Shown here: positions 42,077-52,293 of the stretch, piece after piece | Layout of the letters: the number at the start of each line of letters is the position of its first letter | Position numbering within the stretch: the stretch's first letter is position 1 | Assembly: GCA_002633005.1 (NCBI GenBank) | Contig: NMRA01000634.1 | Location: 62,001-126,000, forward strand | Direction: 5' to 3' | Origin: Phoronis australis | Lineage: Eukaryota > Animalia > Phoronida | Length of the DNA stretch: 64,000 nt | Notes under the pieces: model-generated | The model's database searches: none | The model's input: only the letters and a program-made list of their open reading frames with translations | Told to the model about the DNA's origin: nothing | Program-made: the position numbers and the translations under genes

Positions 42077-45000
42077 CAGTATATATATATATATATATGG
42101 AGTATTGTTTCGACACAATGGGACTGTACTCTGAAAATGTTAACTTTACGATGAATGTCTGTTTCCAAGGGAACCATGCAATGATGAAAATAACATTTTT
42201 GTATTTTTTTCTTCTGTTATTTACTCACAGATGACTTACAATACAAATGGAAATTATAACAATCTTGAGTGGTGCATGTGTGATATTGCAAATAAATTTC
42301 TCCCTTTGTTGTTTTAGTGACGTCCTCACTATTTTGTAGAACTCTTTCAAAACTACCGTATAAGACCCGATGTTGCCTCTGCTGACGTGTCGGAATTATT
42401 ACCAGAAACTACTACGTCGTCTGCTGAGGCATGTCGTCAGTACTGCGAGCACAGTGTGACGTGTGTAGGTTTCACATATAACGCCGCAACTGGAGCATGT
42501 TCTCCGAAGAAATACATTGGAACAGCCACCAAGCCGCACACAAATGGGACCAATCTGTTCGACGCTGCAGGTAAAAGTACAATAAATGCGTTCTACTATC
42601 AATTGGCTGTCTGAGAATTGGTTTCAACGTAGACTGAAATTTGTCGCGAATTTTTCAAAATTCAAATTCTGACGGAGTTCACAGAATGGAAACCGCGACC
42701 CATACGCGACAGATTGCAGCCAACAAGAGCCACATCTGCAGGAAATTTCGACCTAAAACGGTCTTACTTGGGACACTGCAACAAAGGGGTGGGGCTTGGA
42801 TTGCTATATACAAGAAATAGCTGCCTGTTTTCGCTTACAGTCTATGGAAGATGGATTTGTCGTGCTCTGGTCACGCTTGCAATTGTATAACGAGCTATTA
42901 CAAAGTGGACTAACGAACACCGTAAAAAGACAACAAGCTGCTTTGAAAATCCCCTTTCATGTTTAGTTTTAGTTATTCATTCTTAAATGTGACCAGAACA
43001 TGTGAATTTCAAAACGACTCGTCACCATAGTCTATGAGTTCAGCCTTGTGTGTACCCTACAAAAACCAAACTCCGCTTTTCTGTAGCACTGCCTCCCAAT
43101 AAAACCCTGTTTATAGTGATGGGTATTTGAGATCATTCATACTAGGTATTTGAAGTAGTCGACATAATGGTCTTCATCAGGATGACTCGTTTTACACGAC
43201 TCGTTTTACTCGACTCGTCTTACGGAAAATGTGCTTTTTGAAAAAGATCCGTTTAATGCAAAACGGGCAGGTATCAAAACTGTTGTATCGGGTCTACGAG
43301 TGTGTCAGATTTTCCACCGCAAATGGGTCGTCACTGACCGGCGCCAATGGCTATGATAGGCTGAAGGCTTCGTGTTAATTATTTTAAATTCTACTAAATC
43401 TACACAAGCTTACTCAAACAAATTGCTCGACGTAATGTTTCTCTCATTGATGCGAATCTTTAGCAATTTTCACACTCGTTTACTGATGCGGCAGCAAATA
43501 CAATGACGTGTTTTCTATTTGGCATGCTCACACATTGATTACAATGACGTGTTTTCTATTTGGCATGCTCACACATTGACTTAGTATGTGCTAAAAGTTG
43601 ACTCACTATACTTTTACAATGTCCAGGAAGTTTTCACATGCACATTCTAGAATTTTTTGGAATCTACCCTCTTTTCTGCAAATATATGCTAGGTTTTAGA
43701 ATATTTTAATCACAGTTCCATGTCAGTCATTTTATGCTGGAACCTACTAGAATGCTCTCAAATATTCTCCTGTAAAAAGATTACATAATACGTAAGTAGA
43801 TTGGGCCAGTTCAATGCTTATTATTAGAAATTAAGCAGGACAAAACCAATACTCCTGACAATCAAATACCATATAATGTTCTACCTACTGTACAGGACAG
43901 CGAGATAATTAGGTTGTTATGTTTCAAATCTTAAATTATTGGTCTATATAAGCTTTTTTAACTTCAACCGTGATGTAGTTGCTTGTATAGCAATCCATAA
44001 ATACTGTTTTTATTAAAGTTGCGTTGCCATGGAATTGTGGGTGGGTTGTTTCTTCTTACGTGGCTGAACCGAACCTCGCCTCGGCAGTTGGACCGCTGCC
44101 TCTCGCTAACTGTAGTCAACACTGTGTCGACATCACTTGCGCTGGATTCTTTATATCCCCTGATGGATACTGTGTGTTCATGTCTTCTACACCATCTGAC
44201 CTTGGAAACTTCGATTACTATGCCTCAGTTCATGGATCCACTTTAGGCTGGGACTACTTTTCTCGGATGTGTAGTTTGCGAAAACGTAAGTGGCTGAATA
44301 TCAGCATGTTTTGGGCCGAGTTCCGTAGACCAAGAGACATTAACTAGCATGCAATTTCGGCGCAAAATCTTCGCTTATGGTACGGAAACAGTGAATTTGC
44401 CCCGTGATCCATGGATTCAATTACATAATGCATCATCCAAAGCTCATCCACCAATCACTCCAGGTGCTGCCATTTGACTACATAGGCTGGTGAGCTCTTA
44501 GTACACTGTCGAAACATTCGTCTTACACTTGCGTAATTTTGCGAGGTCATGCAATATCGTGCTTTTCTCGCAAGAAACTTGGTCTACAGAACATTTCCCA
44601 CGTCAATAACGATTTGCTGAGTTATAGCCAAGGTGATGACAATGAAGCTATGTTCTGTGGGCTCAAGAGACACTCGCGAAAACTTGCTGCGTAAAATTAT
44701 GTTGCGTAATCTTGCCTGTTTTGCACTTGGTGGTCCCAGCATTAAAGCTATAGTTCGAGTCTGAACTATCGAGCTCCTTCTCGAAGTTGTAGCACTAATC
44801 TGGGGCTCAATAAGTGGGAACTTGGATTATACACTCATCTATGTAAACTGCAATGTATTCATGCACAGAATAATAGAAACTTGTCTTGAGTTTGCCTTAA
44901 AAGAAGAACAGAAAAGTTCAAACATATTTCCAACTAAAAAGATTAAACCCTGGACCTATCTCAATAAACGCGTCTCAAATCTCTTCATGGCATGAAAGAA

Positions 45001-46006
45001 AAACAAATACTTTCATGGAAAAATTTGGGGACATTGGCATGTAAACTGAAAAAGCCAAGACTAGTTTACAGTCATAGCTATGTCTTTTATGTCAGTCGCA
45101 CGTGACTTGTGAATTTCATTATTGAAACCAATTTTAATGGAATGGGGCAACCTTTGGCCGGATGCATGAAAAAGTCCCAAATAGGGACTAAACTAAGGTC
45201 TCTAAATATTTTTGCGTATTAAGTTTTAATGGACCCATAGATGCAATATTTTTCTATCATTTCATTTTCATTACGAGCTCCTCTTTGATTACTGGCATTT
45301 TCTAATAAAATAACTAAAAAGTGCACCCAGATTTCATTGAAAATAAATAGGGACTCATTCCTTAAATTGAGGGTGTTGCACGAAAAGATCCCTAATTATT
45401 TTCAATAATATTGACATTTCAACGTAGAGTTCACTCTCGATTTGTGTCAAAGTCAAAAGTTGTCTTCGTAATGAAACTAAAACAATACAAGAAAGGGCCA
45501 TCGATGTTTTCACAAGTCCAAAAATATGCTGGTAGATTTAGGGGTCTTATTTGAATTTGGGACTGTTTCATGGAACCAGGCACTTGAGCCCATTTTGTTA
45601 GAGTTAGTCAGGCAGAATTAAATTATTTGTGGTTTTCATGTTTGAGTTGCAAGTTGGATGGAAATTCCCTTTACCTGGAAACATTACAAAAATCGTAATA
45701 TTACAGATAACAAAATTTTTAACTCGCATATTCACGTGCCTCATTCCAACTGTTTCTGTTTCAGAGAGAACAATGAATATGTCTATACAAACTGGTAAAA
45801 CCATCACCGGACACAGCATATCGAGTTTCACAGTGTTACGAGCTCTTGACTGTATTGAAAAATGTATGGAAGATACGGAGTGTAAGTCAATAAGTTTCAC
45901 AAAAGAAATGACACCTAACTGCATCTTGAACGACGTCTCGGCACACACATTAAAGTCTGTGTTGCAGGAGGAAGCCGGAACGATTGTCTACAGTGTAGTT
46001 CCTTAA
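6867..46006 (+). CDS. 24-exon gene for a secreted mosaic PAN/apple - C-type lectin - SUEL lectin - resistin-like - Cys-rich protein (about 1287 aa)
   Basis: Manually joined exons: 6867-6915, 7534-7770, 9088-9342, 9708-9885, 10437-10540, 13232-13365, 16078-16237, 17092-17187, 19657-19728, 20722-20949, 21984-22130, 24365-24483, 24837-24975, 26334-26585, 27926-27997, 28379-28525, 29161-29265, 35365-35613, 37462-37596, 41007-41126, 41357-41482, 42340-42570, 44019-44285, 45765-46006. Introns are GT-AG, phases match, there are no internal stops, the total is 3864 nt, and AATAAA follows the stop. Small exons could have been missed. Confidence 0.8.
7325..7430 (-). repeat. Short dispersed repeat (copies at about 49270-49400, 51487-51617, 53705-53830)
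   Basis: cccgttcagtaacgctaggacctcgctaaaaagcaaga is the reverse complement of the other copies. Confidence 0.7.
7534..7770 (+). CDS. Exon 2: PAN/apple domain 1
   Basis: ttttaacag acceptor; [31 protein letters not shown] (C-x3-C...C-x-S-F-x-Y...C-x-L); phase 1-1. Confidence 0.85.
8366..8670 (+). mobile_element. Mariner-like transposase relic (HTH region)
   Basis: [28 protein letters not shown] resembles mariner G-E-x-A-L...V-F-x-W-H-K-R-F-K-x-G-R-x-S-L-x-D; degenerate. Confidence 0.6.
9088..9342 (+). CDS. Exon 3: PAN/apple domain 2
   Basis: atttcag acceptor; [28 protein letters not shown]; donor C|gtaagc; phase 1-1. Confidence 0.9.
9708..9885 (+). CDS. Exon 4: C-type lectin domain, N-terminal part
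   Basis: [16 protein letters not shown]...[27 protein letters not shown]; phase 1-2. Confidence 0.9.
10437..10540 (+). CDS. Exon 5: C-type lectin domain, middle part
   Basis: [28 protein letters not shown] (WIGL / W-x-DGS / Y-x-NW-type motifs); phase 2-1. Confidence 0.85.
11040..11590 (-). mobile_element. Possible Penelope-like retroelement 3' relic
   Basis: Weak GIY-YIG-like traces (IKELLYMKE) and a TGATGA...GAAACGTTG motif; very degenerate. Confidence 0.3.
13232..13365 (+). CDS. Exon 6: SUEL/rhamnose-binding lectin domain, N-terminal half
   Basis: [27 protein letters not shown] contains the ANYGR signature; phase 1-0. Confidence 0.9.
14043..14207 (+). mobile_element. hAT transposase fragment
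   Basis: [33 protein letters not shown]...EVQQRFL*FVD matches the hAT first catalytic-Asp block; in-frame stop. Confidence 0.7.
14146..15077 (+). repeat. Apparent tandem duplication across N14606 (probable haplotype artefact)
   Basis: 14146-14605 is re-read as 14607-15077 with few SNPs and an 11-bp indel. Confidence 0.85.
16078..16237 (+). CDS. Exon 7: SUEL/rhamnose-binding lectin domain, C-terminal half
   Basis: [10 protein letters not shown]...[19 protein letters not shown] contains the DPC..KY signature; phase 0-1. Confidence 0.9.
17092..17187 (+). CDS. Exon 8: C-type lectin domain, C-terminal part
   Basis: [32 protein letters not shown] (C...W-x-D-x-x-C...Y/F-ICK); tttgcag / G|gtgagg; phase 1-1. 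Confidence 0.88.
17862..19230 (+). mobile_element. Non-autonomous Kolobok-like DNA transposon (internally deleted)
   Basis: TIRs aggagaatgccagcc / gggtggcattctcct, degenerate TTAA flanks; homologous to 47536-49840. Confidence 0.7.
19657..19728 (+). CDS. Exon 9: resistin-like domain 1, first half
   Basis: [24 protein letters not shown] (C-x11-C-P); tttccag / G|gtaacg; phase 1-1. Confidence 0.8.
20722..20949 (+). CDS. Exon 10: resistin-like domain 1 second half plus domain 2 first half
   Basis: [42 protein letters not shown]...[21 protein letters not shown]; phase 1-1. Confidence 0.82.
21984..22130 (+). CDS. Exon 11: resistin-like domain 2, second half
   Basis: [42 protein letters not shown]; phase 1-1. 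Confidence 0.85.
22962..23951. mobile_element. MITE / foldback element with imperfect TIRs of about 190 bp
   Basis: tagaccagtcgcctagagcacttagcatagatgaa... versus ...ttcatctatgctaagtgctctgggctgccggtcta; arms about 22962-23145 and 23770-23951. Confidence 0.75.
24365..24483 (+). CDS. Exon 12: PAN domain 3, first half
   Basis: [33 protein letters not shown]; an alternative in-frame acceptor is possible at 24380; phase 1-0. Confidence 0.8.
24837..24975 (+). CDS. Exon 13: PAN domain 3, second half
   Basis: [18 protein letters not shown]...GYTYYER; phase 0-1. Confidence 0.85.
26334..26585 (+). CDS. Exon 14: PAN domain 4
   Basis: [10 protein letters not shown]...[26 protein letters not shown]...YHFD; phase 1-1. 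Confidence 0.9.
27926..27997 (+). CDS. Exon 15: resistin-like domain 3, first half (putative)
   Basis: ttttttgactttcag acceptor; [24 protein letters not shown]; 72 nt like exon 9; weak donor G|gtatat; phase 1-1. Confidence 0.65.
28379..28525 (+). CDS. Exon 16: PAN domain 5, first part
   Basis: [16 protein letters not shown]...[17 protein letters not shown]; phase 1-1. Confidence 0.85.
29022..29094 (+). mobile_element. tRNA-derived SINE head / tRNA pseudogene
   Basis: Degenerate A box (tgtcctaatgt) and B box (agttcgagtcc) at tRNA spacing; stems do not pair well. Confidence 0.5.
29161..29265 (+). CDS. Exon 17: PAN domain 5, second part
   Basis: ttcgttccag acceptor; [35 protein letters not shown]; G|gtaagt; phase 1-1. 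Confidence 0.8.
30260..35000 (+). mobile_element. Decayed L1/Tx1-like LINE in intron 17
   Basis: ORF1-like ITVERVH...IIAKF; endonuclease NIYGP, CGDFN, LDYFLV; [12 protein letters not shown]; KSPG; RT AFDSVSW and [14 protein letters not shown]; C-terminal CSFC...HLFWEC. Many stops and frameshifts; RT core deleted after about 33110; partly duplicated across N33758. Confidence 0.9.
35365..35613 (+). CDS. Exon 18: PAN domain 6
   Basis: FLRIDGKAM...[29 protein letters not shown]...FDYYE; phase 1-1. Confidence 0.92.
37462..37596 (+). CDS. Exon 19: resistin-like domain 3, second half
   Basis: [40 protein letters not shown], clearly paralogous to exon 11; acttacag / C|gtaagt; phase 1-1. Confidence 0.85.
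37989..38720 (+). repeat. Direct repeat of about 185 bp (37989-38173 and 38535-38720)
   Basis: tatgttcggaatatgtcccgaaaataataggtgcgtcgc...aaaaagcgcca occurs twice with no N between the copies. Confidence 0.8.
38644..39866 (+). repeat. Apparent tandem duplication across N39257 (probable haplotype artefact)
   Basis: 38644-39256 is re-read as 39258-39866. Confidence 0.85.
41007..41126 (+). CDS. Exon 20: Cys-rich repeats (ephrin-receptor-like / GCC2-GCC3 type)
   Basis: [10 protein letters not shown]...[23 protein letters not shown]; phase 1-1. Confidence 0.88.
41357..41482 (+). CDS. Exon 21: Cys-rich repeats continued
   Basis: [42 protein letters not shown]; phase 1-1. Confidence 0.88.
42041..42098. 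repeat. (CA)n(TA)n microsatellite
   Basis: Seen directly. Confidence 0.95.
42340..42570 (+). CDS. Exon 22: PAN domain 7
   Basis: attttgtag acceptor; [30 protein letters not shown]; phase 1-1. Confidence 0.85.
43500..43579. repeat. Two-copy tandem repeat, 41-bp period
   Basis: acaatgacgtgttttctatttggcatgctcacacattga twice. Confidence 0.9.
44019..44285 (+). CDS. Exon 23: PAN-like domain 8
   Basis: [26 protein letters not shown]...WDYFSRMC; C|gtaagt; phase 1-1. Confidence 0.8.
45156..45580. mobile_element. MITE with imperfect TIRs
   Basis: ggccggatgcatgaaaaagtcccaaat ... atttgggactgtttcatggaaccaggc. Confidence 0.55.
45765..46006 (+). CDS. Exon 24 (terminal): PAN domain 9 and stop
   Basis: [35 protein letters not shown]...NCILN...VVP*; no hydrophobic TM segment. 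Confidence 0.85.
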
Positions 46007-46025
46007 AGGGATAGTCCCGGACAGC

Positions 46026-46031
46026 AATAAA
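46026..46031 (+). promoter_or_regulatory. Candidate polyadenylation signal
   Basis: AATAAA starting 20 nt after the stop codon; AT-rich context lowers specificity. Confidence 0.45.
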
Positions 46032-47535
46032 ACTGGTCTAAACTTATATTCAGGTGAGACGTGGATATTGGCTTGACAGTTCTTAAAAGCTTAAACCCAT
46101 CGGCGCGTCAAGTGACACACTGAGACAAACCAACAACGGACTGTCAGTCTTTCCATGAAATCACATCTAAATCCCCAAAGGACAAGTTTGAGACACATAT
46201 CTGATCAATTAAAAAGTTGATTTGTTGTTATGGAAGGTGCGTCTATAGCCTCTTTATGTCCTTGAAACAGAATACGTCTGTTACCACCGTCAGTCTTCAA
46301 AGGTTTCGAACAAATTTGAAAATTCCTACCACAAATCACAAGTTTGGCTAAAGCTTGAGGGGATCCATTTTGCGAAGCATCGAGAAAATCCATTTAGCTA
46401 AATGACCACGTATATTTTATTTCTCGCAAGAAGTAATATTAGTCTAATCAGATGATAAAATCTGATCATGAGTGATATCACAAAAACAGGATTTGGTGTT
46501 ATTTTTAACATATTTTGCCATCCGTTGATATAGTAGTAAAGTAAACAACATGTTTGAGATAAAGTAAAGGTTGACAATTGCATGTATATTTACCTCGTGA
46601 TAAAATTTGATCGTATCTTTTCTGTTTCTTTTGTTCCACTGTACGTACCGCAGTCGGTCATGCAAACAAGACATATATCAAGTCCCTCTCAGCTCGTCAT
46701 TGTTGTGTCTGCATGGCAACTCAAATCACTAAGCATCAATAAATATTTTGGCCATTAGAATGAGGAGCGACTGTTGCATTTGATGTAAGGTGTTGATAAG
46801 CACAACACCAGCAGCTGTGTCACTGTGATATTTCGGAATTTGCCTACATATCCATTGGTGCAGGATATTCACATTTCGTTTGTTAATGTTTTAAGCAACA
46901 AGTTCTGAGAGCAGATGGGTCTACGTCGACCGTCACAGATTTTCCTGAAATTTTATGCGGGCTTGGGCTACCCCCTAGATATGTACTAAGTCACCTTTAA
47001 TTTTTCTGACAGAAGGCTCTTTTTCGTTTTCATGGGGTTCTTGCAAAAATGGGTTTGTCCAGTGAAAAGCTGTCAATTTTTGTCCTATATATGGTATTGA
47101 TTTTCTGGATTAGTGTGCACCCAAAGAATTCCTTTGTGAGATAATTCTCGTTTATACCATGGCCAAGAAAACCGTTTAATAACCCATTTAGTTATTTAAC
47201 GGCGTTGAATAACATTTTGGCGGGAAACAGTGGTCGGTTTCGAACACGTTACGTAAGAGCTTCGGACCGTCGACTTTACCACTCCTCCACTCAGCGGCTA
47301 ACATCATCGAACGCGAAAATAGAATACTTAAGTGAGCACGCGCAACAATCGCGTGTTCAACAAACGGCATTGTATCGAAATTTATAAGCTATGAAAAACA
47401 AGACGCAAAATTTCAATAAAAACGACATCTGTAATTCAGTAAAATTTATCTGTCTTTTTCTCTCGCTTGTAAATCATCGATCTCCAATTTGAATGCAAGT
47501 AACGTGTGGTCGGGATGCTTTGACTTGTACATTAA

Positions 47536-49840
47536 AGGAGAATACAACCCAAAACACAACCTATTTTGTGTCAATTTAGATTGAGTAGTTCCACTAGATA
47601 ACAAGTACAGTTCTGTTACCTGACATCTGATGGCTGACAGAGGTGCTGAAATTAACCAATGACGTCAGAGGTTCGAACGCAGTCTGTTCAGCAGTTCACA
47701 ACACGTTTACTGGTGTCAGCTTTTTGCTTGAATTCATCGTTTTACGCCAATAAATCGTCAAACTTCGATGTAAAACCCTTACAAATACATGTGCATCGAG
47801 TTATTGAACAAACGTGTTGTTTTATTTCTCTCTCATGGATTTTTAGGTAATTGAACGCACCGTAGCCTACAGAGTTCGGTAGGCCAATTTACCAAGGTCG
47901 GTCGTGGGAGTTTGGTTTCTGTTTTGTGATAAATTCAAACTTTTCGTCCGTGATATACTGACAAAAGACCATACCTGTGTGTTGTTTGTGTTCTTAACAC
48001 ACAAAACGCTTGCTATCCCGGTCAGCGACTCGCAACCCGATCATGCCCATCGCGGCTGGACGGCTGAAGATATCATGAACGTAAACCAGCCAAAGTTGGA
48101 AACTAAATTTCCAGTCACGAAAAGACTATACTAGTGAGCCAAAAAAATAATGTCCATGTAATTGTTCTGGTGAATTAACCGCGAAACTGCATTACTAGCT
48201 CGTAGGGGGCCGCGAAGTTGGGTTACCCTTCCACAAAATCGTCAGGGCAAAAGTTAGTAACACGGATTCGAATACTGTATATGAAAATTTAAATAAAGAT
48301 TCCGTTAGCATCTGACCATATGATACAAAATCGAGTTATTGTTTCACTGCAGCTTTCTCTCTGCAAACACCGAATGAAAATTCGCTCACACGGTCTCGGT
48401 GCCCTGTCAATTGCATCCAAAGCTGGTAACGCAGTGATATATTTATTGCTGGCTCCTCAAAACATTTGGCAGGACTAAAAAAACGCGGTACCGCCTTCAC
48501 TGTACGCCTTTTTAGTGGAATTTTGTCTCGTTTTCTCGCTTGGACTTTTTGTTTCTCTGAGGCAGACCTTTTGCCAACTTCGCCAAGCGGGCGAGCTCCC
48601 ACTGGGTGCGCGCAACAGTTTTATATAAGTGGTTAGAGTGAGATTAATTCATTTTGAAACAGAAAGCACAGTAATGAACGTCAACGTGGCAACTCGCAAT
48701 CCCGACGAAGATTTCACAGGTCAATCGTTAGGTTTCACAGGCTATCAGTTCGAACCTGAAACCACTGATCAAGAAATACTAAAAAGGCTCTGTGAACGTG
48801 CACAGACAATGGAACACATGGATAGTTCCAAAAACCGTTTGAATGACTTGTCAGTGTCACGATAATTGAAAAAATTGATACTTGCGTTTGCTGCCACGAA
48901 ATTCCGAAAGTGAAACGCCTTCGTGGAGGAGAGCTCATGTGTCTCACAGACCATCCATATTTTCCACCGCCTCTAAACAGAGTTGTGCTTACGACGTTTT
49001 TTTAGGCTGCTGAGAAAAGAACTGGCGAAAACATCCTACATCCAGAGGACCAAACAGACGCCTGACGATCGAGTCAGTCATCAAATAGGATACAAAAAAC
49101 GTTATGTTCTCAGGCCTTGAATTTATTGTAATTGCATATGTTTTCATGGTCAATCACAATGCTCCGTAAACAAAAGCTAATCAACAACCGATCCGCTTTT
49201 CTTTTTCTCCTGCCTGTAGAACGCAAACGCACTAGGCACAACACCTGGCGTGCGTTCAGTAGACGCTGGGACCTAAGCTAGGACCTAGCTAAAACCTAGT
49301 CAAAGTCACGTGCTCTCATTTAAAATGCACGGCAATATCTCACGTAATCTCGCGAAGTCTTGCTTTTTAGCGAGGTCCTAGCGTTACTGAACGGGAGGCT
49401 GACTTCAACCTCAGTCTTTTTTTTTCTGCCCTGACATGAGCTGTTTGGTAAGCCGTTGATCGTTAGTTGAATCAGTCGACAAAATGCTGGCCAGTGACAG
49501 TCACGGAGAAGTTTCACGGCCTCACACTTGGTGTTAACGGCGTACTTTTCATTCTTCACTATCGGGATCCACTTTCAAAGCATTGTGGGCTCTCGAGGAA
49601 ATCGAAAAAACGATGTACCCGCTTTCCTCGCAGCTTCATAGTTCGCGCAAGCGAGAACGATACACCACACCTTAGAGGCACTCACTCTGCAGAAAAACTT
49701 CTGACGTCGCTTAGTCGGTTCTCAATTTCCTCACAGGTTAGCGCGACACCTCTCGGCGAGCTAAGGTCAACCATATACGAGGTGTTTATAGAGCGATTAA
49801 GACAGTAAAAAAGACTAATTAAATCGGGTGGCATTCTCTT
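47536..49840 (+). mobile_element. Kolobok-like DNA transposon (TTAA target-site duplication)
   Basis: TTAA|aggagaatacaaccc ... gggtggcattctctt|TTAA; partial second copy 52294-54054. Confidence 0.75.
48686..49070 (+). pseudogene. Cys-rich relic resembling KolX / P2X7 C-terminal ballast domain
   Basis: GYQFEPE...NRLNDLS / frameshift / CVCCHEIPKV...MCLTDHPYF...LNRVVL; the start is ATG in the related copy at about 18764. Confidence 0.55.
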
Positions 49841-50157
49841 TTAAACTCAGTAACCAGTGGTAACCTACTTTACCAGACGATGGACGCTTAGCATGATAAG
49901 ATATGTAGTATACTACAGTAGTTGCTTAAAATAAAAAGTATTTTACAGATTCACTGAGTTCTATTTTGTTTCAATTTTTATTTGGTTTTAAGTAAAAACA
50001 TCACTTTAACAAGAAAAACGGCGTTTATTGAAAGGTCACGACTTCAGACTTCAGGCCTCTAACATAGGAAATAGTTACAAAAGCCGAAGCGAGTCGAGAA
50101 AGGTAGATCGATTCATTGCAATGTTTCTCGTTCTGTATGTGATATAAATAGATAATT

Positions 50158-50293
50158 ACATGTTCTCAGTCGTAATCCCCCTTATCTAGACCCCTCGTGG
50201 ATTTTGGAGAATTATCGCCCTCGGCCCGTCGGGCGATAATCCTCCAAAATCCACTCGGGCTATAGGTTACGGGGGATAACGATTTCGCCATGT
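50158..50293. repeat. Palindromic (hairpin) mini-element
   Basis: Core stem gtggattttggagaattatcgccc (50197-50220) / gggcgataatcctccaaaatccac (50231-50254), with imperfect outer arms; repeated at about 54372-54505. Confidence 0.75.
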
Positions 50294-51618
50294 AAAAATC
50301 TACATATATATGGCGTGAAAATTAAGTTGTCCCTTTGTATAAAACGTGCTACTTGCTTAATTTGAGCACCAATGTAAAGACCCTTGTTCCTGCATTTAAA
50401 CATTTGCAGGTTGGAATTCTTAACATAACAGTAATCCTTGCTACAAAGGTTGGTGATATAGTGAGATGTTTTGGTGAGCTTCTAATATATAAAACTTCTC
50501 GAGGATGAAATTATTAAATTCAATGACCTAGGCCTTTCTCAGATACATGTATGTGTGAATGGCATTTTTAGAGACTGTACGTCATAGTGTTGTCTGTCAA
50601 ATTATTATCTGATAAGTATTTTGTCGGTAACTGAAGCCCCCCTTTGGATTGGAGCGAAAAAGATGTTTCTCTAAATTTCAACCCTTTAACCCTTTGACAC
50701 AAGTAAATGAAATTGTGCAGGTAATCATTATGTACTGTATCATTTTAAGCTGCGTAGTAAATTTTAGTCCAATTCTGAGATAGTGACACAACGCCTGCTT
50801 AGTAGGTGATTTGAAGTGGATTGACCCTATTGTGAGAAACGATTTTATGAGAGTAAAATGCCTAGTTCGACTTTTAGGCAACTAAACAGGGAGGAATTCA
50901 TTTTTTATTGTCGTATTCGGTCTTATAAGACTGATTAAATCTCTCAGTGGACAGAACACCGCGATTTAAAAGTGTCCTTTGTACGCACTGTCGTAGGAAA
51001 TCAACTGTTTATAATATGGCTAAAACGGACTTGTCAAATATTTTGTACAACGTTGTCTTTTAATACAGGACTTGTCTGACTAAGTGTCTTTAATAGAACA
51101 GAAATTGGTCATAGAACCATCTATTGCTTAGATAAATATTTCTACTCGAAAGATGATCAGTTTGTTCAGCTTCATTTCGGCAAAATTTTCCTTTCATGCG
51201 ACATCGTTTCCTTCGAGTTATAAAGCAGGCGGTTTATCAAGGTGCTCCCACATATAGCACCTGTTAGCTGAAGAGTCTTCCTTTTTACGATTTTATCAAT
51301 TCACCCATCGAAAAGTCCAAAAATGCCGTCTGGAATGAGAATGAAACAGATGAGACTAAACGATTATTGACACGTGCTGTTCTACAGCAGTTCAATTCTT
51401 CCATTCCTCATGATCCCGTGCAGTTGCACTTCGTTCTGCATCGATGACCTCCTAGGGAGACCTGGAGTGACTTCAGTAGTGCCGGGACCTAAGCGAGGAC
51501 CTAGCTAAAATCTAGGCAGAATCACATGTTCTCATTGAAAATACACAGCAATATCTCACGTAATCTCGCGAAGTCTTGGTTTTTAGCGAAGTCCAAGCGT
51601 TACTGAACGGGAGGCTGG

Positions 51619-51762
51619 TGTCGGAATACTTCGTGCGTAGTTTGACTATAATCAAGTAAACACAAGGCGAGGATGAGAACAGTGATCGTTTATTCGACTT
51701 TCGGCGATAAGAAACGTTAATGCCGGGAGCGTCACCTACTGGTGAACATAGATAATACAACA
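51619..51762 (-). repeat. 3' LTR (144 bp)
   Basis: Matches 61695-61838 with about 10 differences by eye; adjacent polypurine tract agaaggaggga on the - strand (about 51765-51775). Confidence 0.9.
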
Positions 51763-52293
51763 TATCCCTCCTTCTAATGCAAAGGTATAAAAAAGCTCAC
51801 TTGGCCTAAACTGCAGTCTCTTAACTACACAGATATATCAAATTAGTGCTCGTAATGTTCATCCAGAGTAGTCCACTAGACGGGATGGGGGTACACTGAC
51901 TCGTCCTGATCTGGTCACATATGGTGCATCGCTAGACGTGCGGTTGCTGGCTGTTTCTGCAGTGCTGGTGGTCTCGTCAGAGACAACTTAACGAATGTGA
52001 TTTCGGTTGCGGCGCACAGGTGGTCGACCATCAGTTAACACTTCGTAGGACCTATGTTCTTGGCGAACACGTGTTATCTCAGCGGGCTTATATGTTCCGG
52101 TCTGTACGTCACGGATAGTTACAGGTTGTCCGACATGCAGGGGTGGTAACTGTTTATCAGAGTACTTCTGATCATGGTATTCAGCCATGTTTTGGCGTTT
52201 GATCAGCAGTCGATGGTAATGATTTGAGTAGTCTGGGGAACGGACATCCGGTGAGTGGTAGCTAACAAGCAATGAGCGAACAGGTCTGCCGAN

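Noticed and set aside
42318-42339. Acceptor gttttag at 42317 for exon 22
   Set aside because: With a phase-1 intron it is out of frame with the PAN domain; the AG at 42338-42339 fits.
50197-50254. Hairpin as a terminator, CRISPR repeat or miRNA
   Set aside because: Eukaryotic context, no repeat-spacer array, and it is nested in a larger palindrome typical of a MITE; there is no expression evidence.
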